NCBI GenBank assembly: GCA_047611725.1
Contig: JBLFWR010000001.1
Span: 4,100 to 68,099 of the forward strand
Source: Candidatus Binatia bacterium
GTDB taxonomy: Bacteria > Desulfobacterota > Binatia > UBA1149 > CAITLU01
DNA length: 64,000 nucleotides
Direction of reading: 5' to 3'
Shown here: piece after piece, positions 37,695 to 47,449 of the stretch
Layout: every line of letters starts with the position of its first letter
Numbering within the stretch: the stretch's first letter is position 1
The notes under the pieces: generated by a model
Told to the model about the DNA's origin: nothing
The model's database searches: none
The model's input: only the letters and a program-made list of their open reading frames with translations
Position numbers and translations under genes: made by a program

Positions 37695-38315
37695 CTACTC
37701 AGCCGGAGTCTCAGCCTCTGCCGCGGCTTCCACTTCTTCCTCGTCAGTCGCCGATTTTTCGACAAGCGGAGCGAGAATAGTCACCAGGGTGAAATTCTCA
37801 CCATGGGTAGATTCAACACCCTCGGCCAGAACGATGTCTTCGACGTGGATTGAGTCGTGAATATCGAGTGCGGTCACATCGACGTCGATGTGCTCCGGCA
37901 ACGCGTTGGGAAGCGCCCGGACCTCTAGTTCACGCCGAACCGGCTGAAGGACTCCACCACTGACGATGCCCGCAGCCTTTCCGGTGTAGTTCAGCGGAAT
38001 CACAGCCAGAACCGGCTTGTTCACGTCGATGCGTAGGAAATCGATATGCATCGGAGCGCCCGTGACGGGATGCGGCTGAATGTCCTTCACCAAAGCTAGA
38101 CTACCGGTAACTCCGGCATCCTCGCTGAGAAAAGAGATCAGGTGAGAGCCCGACGAACCAGCGCCGCTGCGGCCAAAATCTCTCTTGTTCAACTGCAAGC
38201 TCAGGTTCGGACCGCCCGCTCCGTAAAGAACGGCCGGAATTTCGCCATTCCGGCGAACGGTGCGGGGGTTGGTGGCTGCGTCACGTTTGCTAACGGTAAG
38301 TTCAATGCTGCGCAT
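37695..38315 (-). CDS. rplY: 50S ribosomal protein L25 / general stress protein Ctc
   Basis: MRSIELTVSKRDAATNPRTVRRNGEIPAVLYG..., long Ctc-type form with acidic C-terminus. Confidence 0.85.
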   Translation of the reverse strand: MRSIELTVSKRDAATNPRTVRRNGEIPAVLYGAGGPNLSLQLNKRDFGRSGAGSSGSHLISFLSEDAGVTGSLALVKDIQPHPVTGAPMHIDFLRIDVNKPVLAVIPLNYTGKAAGIVSGGVLQPVRRELEVRALPNALPEHIDVDVTALDIHDSIHVEDIVLAEGVESTHGENFTLVTILAPLVEKSATDEEEVEAAAEAETPAE

Positions 38316-38350
38316 GATATTCCTTTAAACTCCTGCTGACTCGTCTCGCC

Positions 38351-39292
38351 TTAGGCGAATAGCGAGCTGATAGATTCTTCACTGTGGGTGCGGCGAATCG
38401 CTTCTGCGATCAATCCGGCAACCGAGATGGCCTTAATTTTCGGTTCGGCCAAAACGTCGGGTCGTGGCGCAATCGTGTCGGCGATAAGGACCACATCGAG
38501 CACCGAATCGTGGATGCGCTCGATGGCAGGCCCGGACAACACACCGTGGGTAGCACAGGCAAAAACCCGTTCGGCTCCCGCGTCCATGACCGCTTGCGCG
38601 GCCTTACATACCGTCCCGGCGGTATCGATCATGTCATCGACAATGACTGCGGCACAGCCTGAAACATCGCCAATGATACGCATTTCTTCGACATGATTGG
38701 CTCGCGGCCGTCGTTTGTCGATGATCGCGAGGGTTGCGTCCAAACGCTTGGCGTACGCTCTAGCACGTTCAACACCGCCAGCATCGGGCGAGACAACCGC
38801 GAGCGGAAGATCGCCGAGTTCCTTTTGCAAGGCTGGCAATAGGACCGGGTTCGGAAAGAGGTTGTCCACCGGACAATTGAAGAACCCCTGGATCTGCCCC
38901 GCGTGCAGCTCCATCGTCATGACACGTGAAGCGCCCGCGGTGACGATCAGGTCGGCCACCAATTTCGCGCTGATTGGGACCCGCGGAGCGACTTTTCGGT
39001 CTTGCCGCGCATAGCCGTAATACGGAATCACTGCGGTAACCCGGCTAGGTGATGCTCGCTTGAGAGCATCCAGCATAAGAAGCAATTCCATCAGGTGGTC
39101 GTTGCCGGGTGAAGACGTCGACTGGACGACGAAAATATCGCCGCCTCGAACGTTGTCCAAAATCTCGACAAAGATTTCGCCGTCGCTGAAACGGGTCACT
39201 TCGGCGCGGCCGAGCTCAACGTTGAGTTCGGCGCAAATCGCCTTGGCCAGCCCCTGGCTCGCGTTGCCTGCAAATACTTGTAGCGCTTTCAT
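38351..39292 (-). CDS. prs: ribose-phosphate pyrophosphokinase (PRPP synthetase)
   Basis: MKALQVFAGNASQGLAKAICAELNVELG..., PRPP-binding loop DDMIDTAGTV. Confidence 0.95.
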   Translation of the reverse strand: MKALQVFAGNASQGLAKAICAELNVELGRAEVTRFSDGEIFVEILDNVRGGDIFVVQSTSSPGNDHLMELLLMLDALKRASPSRVTAVIPYYGYARQDRKVAPRVPISAKLVADLIVTAGASRVMTMELHAGQIQGFFNCPVDNLFPNPVLLPALQKELGDLPLAVVSPDAGGVERARAYAKRLDATLAIIDKRRPRANHVEEMRIIGDVSGCAAVIVDDMIDTAGTVCKAAQAVMDAGAERVFACATHGVLSGPAIERIHDSVLDVVLIADTIAPRPDVLAEPKIKAISVAGLIAEAIRRTHSEESISSLFA

Positions 39293-39355
39293 GATTACCG
39301 TCGCCGCCGCTCGTCGTGTGCACTATTCATTCGATTCGACCTTGTGGCCCGCCAG

Positions 39356-39429
39356 ATGCGGAAGAGCTGGGCGGGAAGGACTCGAACCTTCGGTGACCGG
39401 TACCAAAAACCGGTGCCTTACCAACTTGG
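39356..39429 (-). tRNA. tRNA-Gln (anticodon TTG), U1:A72 first pair, 3' CCA not encoded
   Basis: Minus-strand TGGGCGGTAGCCAAGTTGGTAAGGCACCGGTTTTTGGTACCGGTCACCGAAGGTTCGAGTCCTTCCCGCCCAG. Closely resembles E. coli tRNA-Gln(UUG) including the U1-A72 pair. Anticodon loop TTTTGGT. Confidence 0.8.
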
Positions 39430-39445
39430 CTACCGCCCATCATCC

Positions 39446-40309
39446 TCATCGCGCCCGTGGAGGACCGCGCAAAATTTTAACCGCCCACGCCCGATCAGGA
39501 GCTTGAAAGTCCGCTGCCGCTGCTTTCGCCCTGCTCTCGTCGTCGAACAGACCGACCATCGCCGCGCCAGACCCAGACAGGACCGTGGCCCGGGCTCCCT
39601 GCGTATCAAGAATCTCTCGAATACGAGCCACATCAGGGTAGGCGCGAGCCACCCCGAGCTCGAAATCGTTGTGGAAACCGCGACCCAAGGTCGCATCCGC
39701 AAACGACAAACGCGGAAAACTAATTTTCGCCTGACGGGATGTCAAACTTCCTAACGCTTCGCGGTAGGCCCAAGCTGTCGGCACCGTCACCGCTGGCATC
39801 ACAACGACGAGGTTCAGGGACGGAAATCCTGGCACCGGCTCCAGTCGCTCCCCAACCCCGGTTGCCCACGAAGGCCTACACGGGAGAAAAAACGGGACGT
39901 CAGCGCCCAGCGACGCGGCCAAGGCGTACAACGAGCGCTTGGCCCGGTCGAGCCCAAGCAGCCGGGTTATCCCTTTTAGGACTGCCGCGGCATCACTACT
40001 ACCACCGCCAAGACCAGCCCCGTGAGGGACTTTCTTTGTGAGGCGAATTTCAACTCGCGCCTTCACTCCGGTCGCGTCGAGCAATGAAGATGCTGCTCGA
40101 CACGCTAGGTTGTCAGGCCCGCCCCCAATGGTGGGATCCCCAAGAACCTCGCAGGAAATGTGGGTTTCCGCAGCTCTGGTCACCCGCATTTCCACCTGGT
40201 CGCACAGAGAAACGGGCAACATGAGCGTCTCCAAATCGTGGTAGCCGTCGGCGCGCCGGCCGAGCACGCGCAACACTAGATTGACCTTTGCCGGCGCCAA
40301 AACCGTCAA
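39446..40309 (-). CDS. ispE: 4-diphosphocytidyl-2-C-methyl-D-erythritol kinase
   Basis: LAPAKVNLVLRVLGRRADGYHDLETL (GHMP kinase N-terminal). Start assigned to in-frame TTG (287 aa, matches homolog length). ORF itself extends to 40534 but would overlap the divergent suhB coding region. Confidence 0.8.
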   Translation of the reverse strand: MTVLAPAKVNLVLRVLGRRADGYHDLETLMLPVSLCDQVEMRVTRAAETHISCEVLGDPTIGGGPDNLACRAASSLLDATGVKARVEIRLTKKVPHGAGLGGGSSDAAAVLKGITRLLGLDRAKRSLYALAASLGADVPFFLPCRPSWATGVGERLEPVPGFPSLNLVVVMPAVTVPTAWAYREALGSLTSRQAKISFPRLSFADATLGRGFHNDFELGVARAYPDVARIREILDTQGARATVLSGSGAAMVGLFDDESRAKAAAADFQAPDRAWAVKILRGPPRAR

Positions 40310-40412
40310 ATCAAAAGGTTCCGCCCCATCGGGGCTTCCGGAAGTCACTGTTGTAGAAACGGTCACAAACAGGAGTTTGACGGCCCCCACGTCGCGTGAC
40401 AACACCCCGTCC

Positions 40413-41216
40413 ATGTCTACGCCACTTGAAATTGCCGCGTCGCTTGCCCGCCAAGGCGGGAAACTGATCGCGACCGCCGCCACAAAGCGTAGAGAAGTCG
40501 AGCACAAATCACCCGTAGATTTGGTCACCGCCACTGACAGGGCCGTTCAGGAACTTGTGGTTTCCGGCCTCGAGCGCGCTTTTCCGTCCCATTCCATCGT
40601 GGCCGAAGAAGGGGCCGATGGGATACGGCCAACTGGGGCGGTTTGGTACGTCGACCCGTTGGATGGGACGGCCAACTTCGTCCATGGCATTCCGCACTGC
40701 TCAGTCTCGATCTCGCTGATCGTCGATGAGGTTCCGCAGGCTGCCGCCGTCATGAACCCGTTTCGCGACGAACTCTTTACCGCGGCGCGGGGCGATGGAG
40801 CACACCTGAACGGAAAGCCGATCCATGTTTCAGCAACCACGCTTCTGAATGACGCGATGTTGGTCAGCGGGTTCCCCTACGACCGGCGCGACCACGTGGA
40901 TTTTTACCTTCAATGGTTCAAGACGTTTCTGATCCAAGCCCGTGACGTTCGCCGCTTCGGATCGGCCGCACTAGACCTGTGTGACGTCGCCTGTGGCCGA
41001 TTCGATGGGTTCTGGGAATGGGGGCTGCACTCCTGGGACACGGCGGCCGGGATCTTGATTCTGACCGAAGCAGGCGGCCAGATCTCCGATTTTGACGGTG
41101 CGCCGTTCGACCCATGGCTCCCGCGAATTTTGGCAACCAATGGAGCCCTCCACGCAGAAATGCTCGGGGTGCTCGGTGAGCTTGGGGGCGCCCTTGCCCC
41201 TCCTGGCGACCCCTAA
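40413..41216 (+). CDS. suhB: inositol monophosphatase family protein (SuhB-like)
   Basis: IVAEEGADG ... WYVDPLDGTANFVHGIPHCSVSISL ... WDTAAGILIL (IMPase motifs A/B/C). Start at ATG 40413 (MSTPLEIAAS...); ORF begins 40281. Confidence 0.85.
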   Translation: MSTPLEIAASLARQGGKLIATAATKRREVEHKSPVDLVTATDRAVQELVVSGLERAFPSHSIVAEEGADGIRPTGAVWYVDPLDGTANFVHGIPHCSVSISLIVDEVPQAAAVMNPFRDELFTAARGDGAHLNGKPIHVSATTLLNDAMLVSGFPYDRRDHVDFYLQWFKTFLIQARDVRRFGSAALDLCDVACGRFDGFWEWGLHSWDTAAGILILTEAGGQISDFDGAPFDPWLPRILATNGALHAEMLGVLGELGGALAPPGDP

Positions 41217-41289
41217 ACGCCGTCTTCGAAGTACGCTTCCCCTTTTCAAGCGGGAACGTTACACAGTCCTAGTTAGCCGCGAATGGGTT

Positions 41290-41365
41290 GCCCTCGTAGC
41301 TCAGGTGGATAGAGCACCGGCCTCCGAAGCCGGTTGCACAGGTTCGAGTCCTGTCGAGGGCACCA
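41290..41365 (+). tRNA. tRNA-Arg (anticodon CCG), CCA encoded
   Basis: GCCCTCGTAGCTCAGGTGGATAGAGCACCGGCCTCCGAAGCCGGTTGCACAGGTTCGAGTCCTGTCGAGGGCACCA. Anticodon loop CTCCGAA, T-loop TTCGAGT. Confidence 0.8.
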
Positions 41366-41487
41366 CCCCTGCACCCTTCGATGCCGCGATGCGTTTGACT
41401 TCCGGCGTTGAACCTCGGTAATTTCCCGCGATTGGCCATTGGCTTATCCCCAGCTGGGGAAGCCACGCCGCACCTGGAGGATTTTGG

Positions 41488-41682
41488 ATGGAGGTAAGAG
41501 TCGACGGTTCTCTTGAACGCGCAATGCGCGTGCTCAAGAAGAAACTGGCTGCAGAAGGTGTCTTCAAAGAAATGAAGATCCGAGCCTTCTATGAAAAGCC
41601 CAGCGTACGGCGCAAGCGCAAACGGCAAGAAGCGGAGCGAAAGCGCCGCAAGGCCATGCGGCGCGCGCAACGGAACGGCTAG
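41488..41682 (+). CDS. rpsU: 30S ribosomal protein S21
   Basis: MEVRVDGSLERAMRVLKKKLAAEGVFKEMKIRAFYEKPSVRRKRKRQEAERKRRKAMRRAQRNG resembles E. coli S21 ([49 protein letters not shown]...). Confidence 0.85.
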   Translation: MEVRVDGSLERAMRVLKKKLAAEGVFKEMKIRAFYEKPSVRRKRKRQEAERKRRKAMRRAQRNG

Positions 41683-41717
41683 ATAAGTCGCGGGCCTTGG
41701 CCCGTAGTGAGACGCTA

Positions 41718-41739
41718 GATGGGTCTTTAGAGACCCATC
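41718..41739 (+). terminator. 9-bp perfect hairpin GATGGGTCT-TTAG-AGACCCATC just after rpsU (terminator-like, no U-tract)
   Basis: Read directly 36 nt after rpsU stop. Preceded by a second small palindrome CGGGCCTTGGCCCG. Confidence 0.3.
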
Positions 41740-41844
41740 CGGCGCTCCAATTGCAAGTTGCTAGAGCCTGGTCGGTTGGACCCGCGTCGCAATTTTCGCT
41801 CGCGGGTAAAGCGACCAGCATGGTCGGTGGAGGATGTCGGGGAG

Positions 41845-42027
41845 ATGGAGCTACCCAAGTGCATGAAATGCGGACAAGGGCACCTCGTGCCACTGTCCGA
41901 TTACGGCACCGATGGAGCCTCGGTCCTCTACAAGGCGTGGGTATGCATTAGCCCCGATTGTGGGTTCCTGCTGCGTATCGACAAAGGCCAAGTCACCTAC
42001 GGCCGGCGCCCCGAGCAACCGCGCTAA
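41845..42027 (+). CDS. small zinc-ribbon protein (60 aa), hypothetical
   Basis: [14 protein letters not shown]...VCISPDCGF: CxxC...CxxC zinc ribbon. GGGGAG SD-like directly upstream of ATG. ORF track starts earlier at 41758. Confidence 0.4.
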   Translation: MELPKCMKCGQGHLVPLSDYGTDGASVLYKAWVCISPDCGFLLRIDKGQVTYGRRPEQPR

Positions 42028-42175
42028 ATCAGGTCTCCCTGCTTCAGCTCCGGTTGCCGATGGCGACGTCATCCAACACGACACTACTGATTGTTTCGAA
42101 GCTCGTTCAAACGAGCCCACACCAAAACCCGGTCGCTTCGTTTTTCGGCGACCCACGGCCCTGGATCCCCATACT

Positions 42176-42793
42176 ATGAGTAACGAACCGAAGTCGCAGA
42201 ACATTGTTTGGCATGCCACCACCGTTTCGCGTGATGAGCGCGAGAGTTTCAACGGACACAAAGGTGCAACCATTTGGCTGACCGGCCTTTCTGGCTCGGG
42301 AAAGTCGACGCTGGCCAACCTCCTTGAGAAAGCACTGTGGGAGCGCGGCGTTCGTTCTTTCGTTCTCGACGGTGACAACGTCAGACACGGGCTCAACAAG
42401 GATCTTGGATTCTCTCCCGCAGATCGCACCGAAAACATCCGTCGTATCGGCGAAGTTGCGGCATTGTTCACCGAAGGCGCCACGATCAACGTTACTGCGT
42501 TTATCTCGCCCTATCGCGCCGATCGCGACTTGGTGCGCGCCACGGTTGCCGATGGCCATTTCATCGAAGTCTACGTAGAGTGCGACCTTGACGAGTGCGA
42601 GCGACGCGACCCGAAGGGCCTCTACAAGAAGGCACGTGCTGGCGAAATCCCCGAGTTCACCGGAATTTCAGCTCCCTACGAGGCGCCCGACAAGCCGGAG
42701 TTGGTCATCAACACGACCAAACAATCTGAGGCCGAGAGCCTGGCGGCAATGTTGAAGTACCTCGAAGGCGCCGGTTACCTCAGCGCCAGCTGA
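42176..42793 (+). CDS. cysC: adenylyl-sulfate (APS) kinase
   Basis: [18 protein letters not shown] (P-loop), [25 protein letters not shown]; all APS-kinase hallmarks. Start ATG 42176 (MSNEPKSQ). Confidence 0.9.
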   Translation: MSNEPKSQNIVWHATTVSRDERESFNGHKGATIWLTGLSGSGKSTLANLLEKALWERGVRSFVLDGDNVRHGLNKDLGFSPADRTENIRRIGEVAALFTEGATINVTAFISPYRADRDLVRATVADGHFIEVYVECDLDECERRDPKGLYKKARAGEIPEFTGISAPYEAPDKPELVINTTKQSEAESLAAMLKYLEGAGYLSAS

Positions 42794-42916
42794 GCCAGCC
42801 CCAACACAATTGAATCCCCGCCCGACCGCGGGCAATCTACCCCTTGATGCTGGAGGCCGCCCCGTTTCGGGACGAGCCGCCAGTTCAAGGACCCCTTAGC
42901 AAACCAGGAGTACGGC

Positions 42917-43636
42917 ATGACCAAAACTTTCACCCGTCACCTTCTCGTCCCGGCCTTGGCCGTGGGCCTTGTCACCGTTTCAGTATTGGCCGCTCAGGCT
43001 GGCTCGGTTACCGGAACCGTCACCTTTGATGGAGACGTTCCTAACCGCCGCCCCGTAAAGATGGCAGCAGATCCATCTTGCGAAGCCTCCAATCCCGACG
43101 GCCGCCTCGGAGAGGTCATGGTTGTTAGCGCCGACAAGCAGATGGCTAACGTTTTCGTGTACGTAAAGTCCGAAGTTACTGGCGAGTTTGACTTGCCCGA
43201 AGCCGCTCACCTTGACCAAAACGGCTGCATGTACACTCCCCACGTCACTGGCGTGATGATCGGCCAGACCATAGAGATCAAGAACAGCGACGGCACGCTG
43301 CACAACGTGCACTCTCTCCCGGAGAACAGCGCGCAGTTCAATAACGCGATGCCGATCAAGAATCAGGTCATCAAAAAGAAGTTCTCTGCTGAAGAGGTCA
43401 TGGTCCGGGTAAAGTGCGACGTTCACCCCTGGATGTCGGCCTACATCGGGGTTCTGCCTCACCCGTTCTTCGCTACGAGCTCGACCGACGGAAGCTTTAC
43501 GATCGAAAGCTTGCCGGCAGGCACGTACGAGCTCGAAGCCTGGCATGAGCGTCTCGGCACGAAGACACAGTCGGTCACCGTTGGTGCCGACGGCAGTGTC
43601 ACCGCCGACTTCTCTTTCGCGCCGCCGAGTAAGTGA
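42917..43636 (+). CDS. secreted cupredoxin-like protein with amicyanin-type type-1 copper ligand set (H...C-x2-H-P-x-M) and N-terminal CarboxypepD_reg-like beta domain
   Basis: Signal peptide MTKTFTRHLLVPALAVGLVTVSVLAAQA. GTVTFDGDVPNRRPVKMAAD (carboxypeptidase regulatory-like). NSDGTLHNVHS ... KCDVHPWM compares to amicyanin CTPHPFM. Confidence 0.5.
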   Translation: MTKTFTRHLLVPALAVGLVTVSVLAAQAGSVTGTVTFDGDVPNRRPVKMAADPSCEASNPDGRLGEVMVVSADKQMANVFVYVKSEVTGEFDLPEAAHLDQNGCMYTPHVTGVMIGQTIEIKNSDGTLHNVHSLPENSAQFNNAMPIKNQVIKKKFSAEEVMVRVKCDVHPWMSAYIGVLPHPFFATSSTDGSFTIESLPAGTYELEAWHERLGTKTQSVTVGADGSVTADFSFAPPSK

Positions 43637-43658
43637 TCTAGGCGACGACTAATTTTCA

Positions 43659-43692
43659 GCCCGTCCGGTCCTGAAGATCGGGCGGGCTTTTT
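43659..43692 (+). terminator. rho-independent terminator after cupredoxin gene: 9-bp stem GCCCGTCCG/CGGGCGGGC (one G-U), 11-nt loop, then TTTTT
   Basis: Read directly 23 nt after the stop codon of the 42917..43636 gene. Confidence 0.55.
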
Positions 43693-43722
43693 CGTTTCAG
43701 TACAACTGAGAACCTTCCCCGG

Positions 43723-43914
43723 GTGCCTACAACCGAGAACATATTCATTGTCGGTTCTGCTGCAGCGCTGGTCGTGGCGGCAGTCTGGCGTCTTGTGCGC
43801 AACAGTCGCGACACATCGAATATCGCTGCGCTTGATACGCCTTGGACCGTGACCGTAATCTTGGTGGTTGTCGGTTTGTTTTGGCTTGTCGGAAACGAAC
43901 TCGGTCATGGGTAG
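43723..43914 (+). CDS. small 2-TM membrane protein, hypothetical
   Basis: 63 aa, two hydrophobic helices (FIVGSAAALVVAAVW, VTVILVVVGLFWLV). Sits between terminator and ctaA. Could be non-coding. Confidence 0.25.
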   Translation: MPTTENIFIVGSAAALVVAAVWRLVRNSRDTSNIAALDTPWTVTVILVVVGLFWLVGNELGHG

Positions 43915-44815
43915 TCGCCGCGTACATTGGCTGGCCGTCGCCACGGCTGGTTCTGCCTTCTTGCTCATTGTCGCCGGTGCACTGGTGACAAGCCGCGATG
44001 CTGGCCTGGCCGTTCCAGACTGGCCGCTGGCGTTCGGCGAACTCAACCCTCCGCGATGGTGGCAAATCGAAAACGTCCGGACTGAACACGGACACCGCAT
44101 TATTGCGTTTCTCGTAGCCTCCCTAACCGCGTTTTTAGCCTGGTCGGTCCGACGCGTGGAAACCAGGCCGGCGGTCCGAAGCCTAGCCGCCGCTGCAGCG
44201 GGCCTTGTGGTACTTCAGGCCCTGCTTGGCGGGCTGCGTGTCTTGGCCCTTTCCGTCGATTTAGCGATGGTTCACGGTTGGCTGGGGCAAATGTTTTTCG
44301 CCACGTTGGTGTCGCTTGCGGTGGTAACTTCCCCGACTTGGACTACCACCTCCTCATTTCCGACCGATCGCCGCACAAGAAACATCGCGCTGCTTTTTGT
44401 GGGCGGGGTTGTCACCCAACTGGTAGTCGGCATTGTGTTGCGACACTTGGGAGCCAGCGCTCGCCCCTTGATGGAAAACGGATTGTTCTACGTGCATGTA
44501 GTCGCGGGCCTTGCCGTCGCAGCTCTCACCTTTGCACTGCGGCAATCGACCAACGGGAACGTACGGTTAAGACGAACCGCAACATGGGGATGTGTTCTGG
44601 TCTGCGCTCAAATCGCGTTGGGTTTGGTAACGTTCCTTGTAACCGAGACCATGCAGTATGATCGCCAAGCGACTTTTGCTGAAGCTTGGATCCCAACGCT
44701 GCATGTCGCAGTTGGTGCTGGCCTGCTGGCGGTTGCGATGAGTTCGGTCCTGGTAGCATGGCGCGACTCTCTGCCATTCGATGCCCGCCCCTTGGCGGCG
44801 GACCAGACTCGATGA
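43907..44815 (+). CDS. ctaA: heme A synthase (CtaA/COX15 family)
   Basis: HRIIAFLVASLTAFLAW ... MVHGWLGQMFFATLV, His-containing helices typical of COX15/CtaA. ORF from 43868. Confidence 0.8.
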   Translation: MGSRRVHWLAVATAGSAFLLIVAGALVTSRDAGLAVPDWPLAFGELNPPRWWQIENVRTEHGHRIIAFLVASLTAFLAWSVRRVETRPAVRSLAAAAAGLVVLQALLGGLRVLALSVDLAMVHGWLGQMFFATLVSLAVVTSPTWTTTSSFPTDRRTRNIALLFVGGVVTQLVVGIVLRHLGASARPLMENGLFYVHVVAGLAVAALTFALRQSTNGNVRLRRTATWGCVLVCAQIALGLVTFLVTETMQYDRQATFAEAWIPTLHVAVGAGLLAVAMSSVLVAWRDSLPFDARPLAADQTR

Positions 44816-45708
44816 AGGCGAAAGGCGCCACAATGACGCGACAAACGATGGCCATCGATCGCACACAGATTTACTTCGAACTTACCAAGCCGCGTATCAC
44901 TGCAATGGTCCTTTTGACCGTCGGTGCTGGCTTCACCCTGGCCGGTGGAATGACGAACGTGGCACTGCTTCACGTGATGTTCGGAGCCGGACTGTCGTGC
45001 ATCGGTTCGGGCGCGCTCAACCAATATTGGGAACGCGAGACCGACGGTCTAATGCACCGAACCCGCTTTCGCCCGCTGCCTACACGCAAAGTTTCACCGA
45101 CTACAGTGCTTTCGTTTGGCGCATTTATCGCTATTGCCGGAGTCGCCTACCTCGCAGCGACAGTCGGAGCAACGGCGGCAGCGATCAATGCAGCGACCGT
45201 AATAAGCTACCTCTTCGTCTACACACCGTTGAAGCCCCGAACCCCAGTCTCAACTCTGGTTGGCGCAATCCCCGGGGCCTTGCCGCCGGTAATCGGTTGG
45301 ACGGCAGCAAGCGGGTCCATCGACGCGGGTGCCGCGGTACTTTTCGGCATACTGTTCCTGTGGCAAATTCCACACTTTCTCGCCATCGGGCGCATGCACC
45401 GGGACGACTACGCGGCAGCCGGGTTACCGATGTTGGCGGTAGTAGATCCGCATGGGCAGGTCGACGGCGCGCAAATGAAACTCTACGCCGCCGCGCTGAT
45501 ACCCGTATCGCTTCTACTCGTACCGCTGGGCGTAGCGGGACACTTGTACTTTTGGATAGCGCTTCCGAGCGGCCTGGTTTACTGGGCCGTCGCGATGCAA
45601 ACTGCAGGAACGGCTTCGCCGGAAGCAGCTCGCAAACTGCTTCTGACGTCGGTCATCTACTTGCCGATCATATCTGCAGCGATCGTCGTTGAGGGGATGT
45701 TACAGTGA
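44812..45708 (+). CDS. ctaB: protoheme IX farnesyltransferase (heme O synthase)
   Basis: YFELTKPRITAMVLLTVGAGF ... UbiA-family prenyltransferase motifs (NQYWERETDGLMHRTRFRPLP). ATGA overlap with ctaA stop. Confidence 0.9.
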   Translation: MKAKGATMTRQTMAIDRTQIYFELTKPRITAMVLLTVGAGFTLAGGMTNVALLHVMFGAGLSCIGSGALNQYWERETDGLMHRTRFRPLPTRKVSPTTVLSFGAFIAIAGVAYLAATVGATAAAINAATVISYLFVYTPLKPRTPVSTLVGAIPGALPPVIGWTAASGSIDAGAAVLFGILFLWQIPHFLAIGRMHRDDYAAAGLPMLAVVDPHGQVDGAQMKLYAAALIPVSLLLVPLGVAGHLYFWIALPSGLVYWAVAMQTAGTASPEAARKLLLTSVIYLPIISAAIVVEGMLQ

Positions 45709-46658
45709 CCGCCATTGACGCCAGCGCCGTTCGCGTATCCGACTTGTCATTTTCTTACGGCGAGCACCGGGCCCTCGATCGGGTCTCGTTTCAGGTTGAA
45801 CAAGGAGTAATCTTTGGGCTCCTAGGCCCGAACGGCGGCGGTAAAACCACTTTGTTTCGCCTGCTATCGACGCTACTTCCCGCGCCTGCCGGGACAATAT
45901 CTATTGAAGGATTTGATCCTGCACAGCAGACTGCGGCGGTTCGCGTTGCAATCGGGGTCGTCTTTCAGTCCCCTAGTCTCGACAACAAACTCACAGTCGT
46001 TGAAAACTTGCGCCACCATGGACACCTCTATGGATTGCGTGGAGGAGAACTCGATTCTCGCATCACACGACGACTCGGCGATCTGCGCCTTACCGACCGA
46101 AGTAACGACATCGTCGAGACTCTTTCTGGCGGCCTCAAACGCCGGGTCGAGCTGGCGAAAGGGTTGCTGAGCAATCCAAAAGTACTGATCCTGGACGAGC
46201 CATCGACGGGCCTAGATCCGCGCGCTCGCCGAGACTTCTGGGCCCAAATTGAAATCCTTCGCAAGGAGCAAGGGACAACCGTCCTGGTCACGACTCACCT
46301 CACAGACGAAGCCGAGCGCTGTGACCGTCTTGCGTTCCTGGACCGCGGCCGCATCGTTTCCCAAGGTAGTCCGGACGAATTGAGACGCCGTATCGGGGGC
46401 GATGTGATCACAATCCACACCGCCTCCCCCGCCGAGCTTGAAGTCACTCTGCAACGTGACATGGGCGTGCAAGTCACCCGCATTGGCGATGCACTTCGCA
46501 TTGAGCATGACGACGGCGCCTCGCTGGTTCATCGTCTCTATGCGGACTTTGGGACTCGCTTCGACTCAATCAGTATTGGACGTCCAACGCTCGAAGACGT
46601 TTTCATTCACGAAACGGGACGGTCGTTGTCACTCGAAACCGAGGGTGATCCGTCATGA
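45705..46658 (+). CDS. ABC transporter ATP-binding protein (ABC-2 exporter type)
   Basis: Walker A GLLGPNGGGKTT, ABC signature LSGGLKRRVELAKGL, Walker B VLILDEPSTGLD. Confidence 0.85.
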   Translation: MTAIDASAVRVSDLSFSYGEHRALDRVSFQVEQGVIFGLLGPNGGGKTTLFRLLSTLLPAPAGTISIEGFDPAQQTAAVRVAIGVVFQSPSLDNKLTVVENLRHHGHLYGLRGGELDSRITRRLGDLRLTDRSNDIVETLSGGLKRRVELAKGLLSNPKVLILDEPSTGLDPRARRDFWAQIEILRKEQGTTVLVTTHLTDEAERCDRLAFLDRGRIVSQGSPDELRRRIGGDVITIHTASPAELEVTLQRDMGVQVTRIGDALRIEHDDGASLVHRLYADFGTRFDSISIGRPTLEDVFIHETGRSLSLETEGDPS

Positions 46659-47449
46659 GCCAAATTAACTTACTAGCGACTTGGACATTGGCCGAACGGG
46701 AACTGGTCAGGTTTATCCGTCAACGAAACCGTGTGTTCGGCGCTCTTGCACAACCGGTGCTATTTTGGGCGCTATTCGGAGCTGGCTTCGGAGCGTCGTT
46801 TCAACCCGGTGGCGAAACCGGACCAGGCTATTCGGAGTATTTTTTCCCTGGAACCGTGGTTCTGATCCTGCTGTTCACAGCGATCTTCGCGACGATCTCC
46901 ATTATCGAGGACCGGAACGAAGGGTTCCTTCAGGGCGTCATGGTTTCACCGGTTTCTACCGCCACTATCGTGGCAGGAAAAATTCTGGGCACCGTAATCC
47001 TGGCAACCGGACAAGCCTCGTTGGTTTTCCTACTCGCTCCGTTGGCTGGAGTTCCGCTGACGCTTTCGGGCGTCTTGTTAGGCATTCCCCTACTCGCTTT
47101 TATCGCCGTAGCACTTGCTGGGCTCGGCTTCTCGATCGCGTGGCGCCTCGATTCGACGCAAGGCTTTCATGCCGTCATGACGGCCTTCCTAATGCCTATG
47201 TGGCTCCTCTCCGGGGCTTTCTTCCCGGCCGACGGGGTGCCCAGCTGGTTGGGGTGGATCATCGCTATCAATCCGCTGACATACGGCGTGGCAGCTTTTC
47301 GCCACGTTCTGTATCTCGACGGCGGAGCTGCTGTGGTAGGAATCCCAGGACTCGCGTTTAGCTTGGTGGCCGTGCTCTTTTTCGCCGTCGGCACCTTTGC
47401 ACTCGCGTTGGCGGTTGCCTCTCGTCGCACCATCGAAACACGCTCGTGA
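46655..47449 (+). CDS. ABC-2 family transporter permease
   Basis: 264 aa, 6 TM, typical ABC-2 permease layout. ATGA overlap with upstream ATPase gene. Confidence 0.8.
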   Translation: MSQINLLATWTLAERELVRFIRQRNRVFGALAQPVLFWALFGAGFGASFQPGGETGPGYSEYFFPGTVVLILLFTAIFATISIIEDRNEGFLQGVMVSPVSTATIVAGKILGTVILATGQASLVFLLAPLAGVPLTLSGVLLGIPLLAFIAVALAGLGFSIAWRLDSTQGFHAVMTAFLMPMWLLSGAFFPADGVPSWLGWIIAINPLTYGVAAFRHVLYLDGGAAVVGIPGLAFSLVAVLFFAVGTFALALAVASRRTIETRS

